Assembly (NCBI RefSeq): GCF_963921235.1
Contig: NC_086108.1
Location: 81,842,001 to 81,906,000, forward strand
Source: Mobula hypostoma
Taxonomy: Eukaryota
DNA: 64,000 nt
Direction: 5' to 3'
Both the position numbers and the translations under genes were made by a program. The notes below the pieces were generated by a model, which saw only the letters and a list, made by a program, of their open reading frames with translations, did not search any database and was not told where the DNA came from. Positions 51,801 through 60,800 of this stretch are shown one piece after another. How positions within the stretch are numbered: position 1 is the first letter of the stretch; each line of letters begins with the position of its first letter.

Positions 51801-54800
51801 GAGCAAATGTCTAATCCAATTTACCACCTCTCCATGTATACCTAGCGACTGAATTTTCCTAACTAACCTCCCACGTGGGACCTTGTCAAAGGCCTTACTG
51901 AAGTCCATGTAGACAATATCCACTGCCTTCCCTTCATCCACTTTCCTGCTAACCTCCTCGAAAAACTCCAATAGATTGGTCAAACATGACCTACCACGCA
52001 CTCTCCCTAATAAGTCCCTGTCTATCCAAATGCTTGTAGATCCTGTCTCTTAGTACTCCCTCCAATAACTTATCTACTACCGACGTTAAACTTACTGGCC
52101 TATAATTTCCCGGATTACTTTTCGATCCTTTTTTAAACAACGGAACAACATGAGCCACTGTCCAATCCTCCGGCACCTCACCTGTAGACAGCGACGTTTT
52201 AAATATTTCTGCCAGGGCCCCTGCAATTTCAACACTAGTCTCCTGCAAGGTCCGAGGGAACACCCTGTCAGGTCCCGGGGATTTATCCACTTTAACTTTC
52301 CTCAAGACTGCAAGGACCTCCTCCTTTTCGATCTGTACAGTTTCCATGATCTCACTGCTTGTTTCCCTTAATTCCATAGACTTCATGCCAGTTTCCTTAG
52401 CAAATACAGACGCAAAAAACCTATTTAAGATCTCCCACATTTCCTTTGGTTCCGCACATAGCCGACCACTCTGATCTTCAAGTGGACCAATTTTATCCCT
52501 TACAATCCTTTTTCTTATGCAAAAAGCTATGAATTCCTCATATTGTCATGTTCTTCTTTTGGTACTTCACTTCATCCCAATGGAAGGTCACCTACCTAAA
52601 TTTAGCTTTTCCTGATCATACTTTTATTTCTATCATCTGCAACTTTGGTTTTTCAAATGATTTTGGAGAGTATTTTTTCTAAAATATGACCATAATGTTG
52701 TAGTCTGCTTTCTTGTTTAATATGGAATTATTATTGCTGTTAGTGCTTTACCTTGACTGGCTTGCTTTTTGGTAGATCTGCACCCTCTTCACCTGAAGTT
52801 TCACCCCAGTCATCCCCTCGTCCTCATAGACCAAACAATGACCGTCTTTCATTGTTGACCAAACTGGTAAGGAAGGGAGAAAAGAAGGGGCTCTTTGTGG
52901 AAAAATTGCCAGCCAGAATTTACCAGGTAAGAAGCTAATCAATAAAGAAATCATAATATTAAACTGAACAGAAACATCATAAGACCTTTTGTCAGTATGC
53001 AGTAGAGGTTTGGAGAAATTGAAATGTTGTTATATTTTGGGGCTTTCCAGGAGTTACCCATTTGTATAAGCAACTTTCCCATTTCCTACTTGGTATCTTG
53101 AGTAAACAACGAAGAATGCCGCAAAATTTCATCCAAATACACTTTGTGTAGATAAAATGTGAGACTTACATTTAAATGCCTTTCACACTCATTTTCACTT
53201 ACTATTCACTTATAAATAAATCTCTTATTACTAATGGAATATCTTATGAACTCTCATTGCTTTTGTATTGCAAAAAAAATATGCATCTCACTTACCCATC
53301 GTTGGTTGCATCAGAGAAGATGATTTGCAAAGTTGTTGCCTGGTATGAGCAAGGATTGTGGAAATTTGGGTATTTTCTGTGACCAAGAGAAGGGAGATGT
53401 ATTAGTAGGGTCTATATCTATAGTTGTGAGGAGCTGAGATAGTGTAAATAGGAAAAAACTTAATTCTCGTAGCTGAAGGTTCAAATAACCAAGGAAGTGA
53501 GATGGAAAGAGTAAAGTAGAGAAGACAAAAATGCTTTCACTCAGATAGTCATAAGGGGCTGGAACTTGCTACATGAAAGGACCAAGGCTTCATGTTTTAA
53601 TAGTACTTGCATGTGTTCTGATGAGCCATCGCCTCAAGGGATAAAGGCTAGTGCTAATGCTGTTCAGAGGTCTTTGTCAAAAGCACAGGTGAACTCTCGC
53701 TTTGTAAATTTTTGATTCTGTCCAAAGTTTCAGGAGCAAACTGGCTGCTGGAGTTGTGAAACAACAGCACTAGTATGCAATATAACTGGACTCCTTTCCT
53801 AATATCCTCATTGATGCATTTGTTGCCTCTGGAATTGGATATTCCAATGCACTGCTGATTTACCTACTTTGCATTTTTTCTGTAAACTTGATTAATTTAT
53901 TACTGTACTGTTTAACTCGTACATTACATTTTTCCAGTGTCATGCTTGTTTATCCATAGTGGTGCTACTGTAAATCAGTTTTAAAGTTATCAAGCCTGTT
54001 TTCAAATCCTTCTGTGGTAATGGCTACTCTTAATTCTTTACTGCAGTTCAGAACTGTAACCGCTCATAATATCTACAATCTAATAAAGTCCACATGTTCA
54101 TCTCTACGTTCAACACACTGTACTATTAGCTTCGGTTACCATGGTCTTAAATTCTTAAATTCTTTCCCTAAATCCTTGTTCGTCCATCATTGACGTCGAT
54201 GAGGACCTCGACACCAATATGATGGTGTCGAGACTAGCGCGTGATTTGGATTTAAGTGAGGGAGAGTTGCGCAGTGTCAGCCTCACTCTCTCTTCCCAAT
54301 TCCCATCTGAATCCAGTGGCAAGACAAGAGTCTAGACGGCTGGAGATGGGACTAAGCGCAGTGGATGACCAGGACATCTTCTGTGTCTTGTCCTGCTGTA
54401 CAAGTTCCACGACGCTTGCAAAGACTGCCTTCTTGACCATTGGACCTTCCATTGGTCTCGTCCGCTCAATCCGCCGGAGTCTGTCTTCACATACTGGGAT
54501 AGACAACTCTCTATCTCATCGAGGGTTTGAGACCCGTTGGCTACCCTCACCTGGTTTAGCTGGCTTGTCGAAGCCGTTGCCCAGGGTGTGGCCGCTGTCG
54601 CATGCAAACAGCTACGGGGAGACGGGGAGCCACAGGTGAGAGCTGAGTGCCAGGTGGGGACCAAAAGTGGACTAACCGCCCTGAAAAGGACGCGACATGT
54701 TCCCCCACCAGAGGTGCTACCCCTCCCTGACACCCCATACACCCCTTCCCTAAATACCTCTCTACTGAAACCATGGTCATCTGCCCTCCCTGTGTGACTT

Positions 54801-57800
54801 GATCATAGCTTTAATAATGTATCTAAGCTTTTAGGCATTTTGATATATTAAATAGACTTAATGTAGTTGTTAGCTACCAGATCTCTCAAAATTTCAGAAT
54901 ATATTTCTTGCTTTACCTTCCCTGCTTGCTGCTTCAGTATTTGCCACAATACAGAACTAATACTAGAAGTTGATACAGAAACAGAAGCAGGCCATTCTAC
55001 CCAACTGTTAGTGCTAATACTTCAGATTACAGGTTTCCCCCGCCATCCGAAGGTAGAGCATTCCTGTGAAACGGTTCGTAAGCCGAAATGTCGTAAATCG
55101 AAGAAGCAATTACCATTTATTTATATGGGAAAATTTTGTGAGCGTTTGCAGTCCCAAAAATAACCTACCAAATCATGTCAAATAACACATAAAACCTAAA
55201 ATAACAGTAACATATAGTAAAAGCAGGAATGATATGATAAATACACAGCCGATATAAAGTAGAAATAATGTATGTACAGTGTAGTATCACTTACGGGAAT
55301 CGGGAAGACAGCTTGCCGAGCACACTGATGATGGTGTGTTCGACTGAGTCGTCACAGGCTGGAGTGGTTAGTGGTCCCCACCCTCCAGGCCGCCGAGCGA
55401 TACATTGCCGCAAAGCATGTAGGAATGCAGCGGTAGCCGGGAGGAGCACAGCACATCTTTAAGAAAAAAGCCGAAATAAACAAGCTAATTAATTAGGTGC
55501 CACCAGACACGTAATTGTCGGCCCAGATCAGTGCCGATTTCAGATTGCGTCGTCTCTGATCTGGGCTGACAATTACGTGTCGGTGGCACCTAATTATTTG
55601 GCATGTTTATTTCGGCTTTTTTCTTAAAGATGTGCTGTGTGCCTCCCGGCTACCGTTGTATTCTCCACGAATCGGTATCTGTCCATGGCCTGGGGGTTGG
55701 GGTGGTGGGACACTGGGGTGTCATCTCGTCGCCTGTTTCCATTAGAGCAGGCAGCTCATCTTCTATCTCTGCCCGCCTCGATGTCGAAGGTCGAGGTTCG
55801 TCGTCTGCTGTGGCTGATGTGGAAGGCTTGCTTGACTGCTGAGCCTCGTGCATTTTTCTATCACACAGTTCTTTAATAAGGACTCAAACCATCCTGTAAA
55901 TATCTCCTAAACCGATGTACCCTTTCAAAATTAAAGTCGTACTTTATCATTACTCATTCGGTTTCGATTGTTATCCTTTCCTCTTCCAATTGCATCAGCT
56001 CTTCATCTATCAGTTCGTGGTGATGGGATGCCAAAACCTCTTCAACATCATGTTCGTCAGCTTCCACAAGCCAAACTCACGTTGTCCTTAGTTCGTTCAC
56101 CATGATCAAAACGATTAATTATGTCTAGTTTTACCATAAGTATAACACCTTTACGAGCTCTTTCAGGCTTTTCCGATACCATAGAACTCATCTTGCAAAT
56201 GGCTGCTCACAGGCACATGTTAAAGCAAAGCAGTTCCGAATCCGGGGGAGAGCGGCTGCTTGGGGCGTGCGCTGATTTTTTTATTGCGCACTGAATTTTT
56301 TTCGTAACAGTGAAAACACCTTCTGAAAGTGAAAACAGGGTATTAATGTAGGTCTTTCGTAACAGTGAGGTTTCGTAAAGCGAACGTTCGAAAAGCGGGG
56401 GACACCTGTAGTTCCCTCCCAACAGAATCTGATTACTTAGGCATAATCTCTGTACCTTTATTTGCCATGTAATTATTTTGCTCATCTTTTATTTGCCTCA
56501 GTTATCCTTGCTTTATCAATGGATGATTCCCCCCCCCCCCCGAATTCTTGTCGGACATTGACTTATTTTTTTTAAGGTTTAAGGTTTCTTTTATTTCTTA
56601 CACCTATCTCACAACGCGAGGGAGTAAAAATTTTTGTTGCTTTCCATCACAATGTGGAAGCAATAAGAAGGGAAATGTGGGAGGACATTACCCAAACACT
56701 AAAATTGTACACATAATTGCTTGGTATACATGTATGTACGGTCAGATATGCAATCAGATCAATCTGTATTAATGAATCTGATGGCCTGATGAAAGAAGCA
56801 GTCCTGGAGCCTGTTGATCCTGGCCTTAATGCTGAGGTACCATTTGCCAGGCAGTAGCCGCTGAAACAGCTTGTGGTTGGAGTTGCTGGAGTCCCTGATG
56901 ATCCTCCGGGACCTTTTTATGGACGTGCTGTTGTAAATGTCCTGAATAGAGGGAAGTTCACATACACTGATGCACTGGGCTGTCCACACTACTCTCTGCA
57001 GTACCCTGTGACTGAGGGTAGTACAGTTCCCATACCAGGCGATGACACAGCCAGTCAGAACGCTCTCTATGGTGCCCCTGTAGAAAATCCTGAGGATTTG
57101 AGGACTTATGCCAAACTTCAGCTGGCAGAGGTTAAAGATGAGCTGTTGTGCTTTTTACACCACACAGTCCAGCTGAGATCCTCGGTGATGTGTATGCTAA
57201 GGAATTTGAAACTATTCACCCTCTCAACTACAGTCCGGTTGATGTCAATAGGGGCTAGCCTATCTCCGTTCGTCCTGTAATCCACAATCAGCTCCTTCAT
57301 TTTCCTACATCGGGGGAGAGGTTGTTTTCCTGGCACCACTGTATCAGGGTGTTGACTTCTCTGTAGGCCGTCTCATCATTGTTGAAAAATAAGGCCTATC
57401 AGTGTAATGTCATCTGCAAATTTTAACAGCAGATTGGAACTATTTGTGGCAGCACAGTCATGGGTGTATTGGGAGTGGAGGAGGGAGCTTAGGACAGCAC
57501 ATCTCAAGGTGAGGAAGTCCATCCTTACCACCTGCCAGCTTTCCGACAGCAAGTCCAGGATCCAACTGCACAAGACGGGGTGAAAGCCTGGTCTCTGAAC
57601 TTCTTTTCGAGTCTGGGGGGCGGAATTATGGTGTTGAATGCTGAACTGTAATCCAAGAACAGCATTCTAACACAAGCATCCCTCTTCTCCAGGTGAGAGT
57701 GAAGATGGTGTATGGTGCTGTGGCTGTGGCATCATCTGTCGATCGGTTGTGTCGTAGGGGGTCCGGTGTGGGTGGTAGAATGCTGCAGATGCAGATTTCC

Positions 57801-60800
57801 CCTGTCCTTTGGTTACTCAATCTCATGGATTAGAAATTAGTGTTATTTTTCTATTTCACTACAAAAAGCCATATTTTAAGGGACTAATTGTTTCTTATAG
57901 TCAGGGCTTTAACAGCAAAACATCTGTTGAAGATACATTTCCTAGAATTGAACAATTGCCCATGTATTCTGCTTGTACAGTATCCAGCATACTCTTGCAG
58001 ACCCCAGAATGTGGAATTTAGATCATGGTGATGAACTGTTGATCAGATTTATTAACAAGGTAATGTCATTGCAAAGTGAAGTAATTAAAAATTTCTACTG
58101 TTCAGAATATTTTGAAAAGGTATCTCTTGCATTAAAATAGGACTCAATAATGTAGAGTTTGCTGCATTAGCTCCACCGTAGACTCTTTGTTATATAAAAG
58201 GTTGAGAATTTGGCATCAGCTCTAATTTCCTGATGTGTCACTTGAAAAGCTTTAGAAATTTGACAAAGCAATCAAAACATATCAATTTAAAACAGAAGTA
58301 GAAATACCAATGAAATTTACCATAAACAATGTAGAGTATTTGTATTGAAATACTTGAATTCTTACCAAAGCAAATGATGAAGGGTCTCGGCCCAAAATAT
58401 CAACTGTTATTCCCCTCCATAGATGCTGCCTGACTTGCTGAATCAGATACTTCTGTCTCATATGCAGCTGCTAAATCATACTTTTCTTCTTCTATCTGGT
58501 TTTTTGTGAGGAAAAAAAACTGACAATATAACGCAGTTTGATAAAGGAATTTCTTTGTAAGGGTGGCTGAAATTTTAGAAATAGTTTATTGTATGCAAAC
58601 ATGTTTATGGAAATTCTCTTAAATAGCAAAGGTTATTTACAGTAATTCTCCAGACACTAATAATGAAACCACATTTTGTTGCTGTGTGAACTGCTGAAAT
58701 AGCTCAAATTATATCTAGCTGTTGTCTGAATGACTTTTTTTTGTCTTTGATAGATGGTACGAGATGAGAACCTAAAGTTCATGAAAAATAGAGATGTTTT
58801 CAACAGTGACTACTTCAGTTTCATGCTTTCCTTGATTTCACTCAATGCAGTAAGTGTCAGGTGCTGTTTGGGAGATTGGCCTATGTAGTTGTAATACTAC
58901 AACTTGGGAATGTGAAGGCTTAATTGGAATTGATTTATTATTGTCTAGTGTACCAGGTATAATTAAAAGGTTGTCTTGCATCCTGCTCATACATATCATA
59001 ACATTGCACAGTGTAGTGCAATTTAAAGCAACAGAATGCAGAATAAAGTGTAACAGCCTCAGAAATCTAATTGTTGCATCCAGTTATTTAAATTCGGCAA
59101 CCTATATCTGGAACACTTCAATGCTCTTGATCTCCTCAACAACTTTCAACTTCCTGGCCCTGATTGCTTCATTTTCACCATGGATGTCCAGTCCCAATAC
59201 ACACCTATCTTCTATCAAGAAGACATGGAAGCTCTCCGCTTCCTTCAGACCTGACCAGTTCCCCTTTATCACCACCCTCCTCTGCCTGACAGAACTGGCC
59301 AATTTCTCATCAGTTTCTCTTTCGGTTCCGCTCACTTCTCCAATTTCAGGGTGTAGCCACGGGCCATTTTCTTGGCTACATAGAACAGTCCATGTTCCAA
59401 GCCTTCTCTGGTAATGCTCCCCAACTCTTTCTGCATTACATTGATGACTACATTAGTGCTGCTTCATGCATTTATGCTGAGCTTGTCAATGTCATCAACT
59501 TAAATTCAGTTGGTTGATAGAGTCATAGAACATTACAGCACAGAAACGGGCTCTTCGACCCATCTGGTCTGTGCTAAACCATTAATCTGCCTGGTCCCAT
59601 CAACCGGCATCAGGATCATAGCCCTCCATACCCCTCCCATCCATGTACCTACCCAAATTTCTCTTAAATGTTGAAATTGACCGCACATCCACTACCTGAA
59701 CAGGTAGCTTATTCCACACTCGGACCACTCTCTGAGTGAAGAAGTTCCCCCTCGGGTTCCCCTTAAACATTTAATCTTTCACCCTTACTGATGACCTCCA
59801 GTTTTAATCTTGCCCAACTTCAGTGGAAAAAAGCCTGCTTGCATTTACCCTATCTATATTCTTCATAGGGTGGCGGGGTGGCGATACATTGCTACCAAAG
59901 GAGGTGTAAGACGCTCCTTCCTTCCGCTAGCTTGCAGGAAACAGCAAAGCCTTTGAACAGAAAACCATAAAAAGTTAGTGGATTCAGCCTAGTACTTCAT
60001 GGGTAAAGCCCTCCCAGTCGATGAGCACATCTACATGAAATGTTGCTGTACAAAAGCAGCATCCACCGTCAAAGATCCTCACCAACCAATCATGCTCTCT
60101 TCCCGCTGCTGCCATCAGGTAGAAGGTACAAGTGGCTTAGGACTCGTACCACCAGCTTCAAGAACAATTACTATCCCTCAACTATTAAATAAAAGAGGAT
60201 AACTGCACTCAGTTGCCCCATCATTGAAATATTCATACAATCAATTGTCTCACTTTAAGGACTCTATCTCTTTATCTCATGTTCTTTTTATTTATTGCTA
60301 TTTATTTATATTTGCAGTTGCAGCTTGTTAACTTTGCACTCTACTTGATCTTTCATTGATCTTGATAATGCTACTATTCTATAGATTTACTGAGTATGCC
60401 CAGAGGAAAATTAATCTCAGGGTCGTATATGGTGACATTTATGTACTTTGATAATAAAATTTTACTTTGAACTTTTGAACTTTGATTCCCACAGCTATAT
60501 TGATTATACCTCTTCCCACCCTGTAAGAATCCCATTACCTTTTCTCAGATCCTTCGTCTCTACTGTTATCTTCCCGGAATGATACTTTCCTTTCCAAGAC
60601 ATCAGAGATGTTCTCCTCCTCCAAAGTATAGGGTTTTCGGTCCTTCAACATTGATGCTGCTCTCACCTGTATCTCTTCCTTTCCCCGAACATCCACGCTC
60701 ACCCCATCTTCCTGCCACCTTAACTGGTTTAGAATTTTTCTTGTCCTCACCTACCACCCCAGGAGCCTCCACACTCAGCATACCATTCTCTGCAATTTCT

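Noticed and set aside
52746..52760. U12-like branch sequence taccttgac before exon 20
   Set aside because: The intron donor is GTAAGT (U2 type); no GTATCC/ATATCC donor occurs in any of the introns.
58854..59414. 186-aa ORF following exon 21
   Set aside because: Chance read-through from intron into degraded Penelope sequence; it is not in the frame of the RT motifs and has no gene-like signals.
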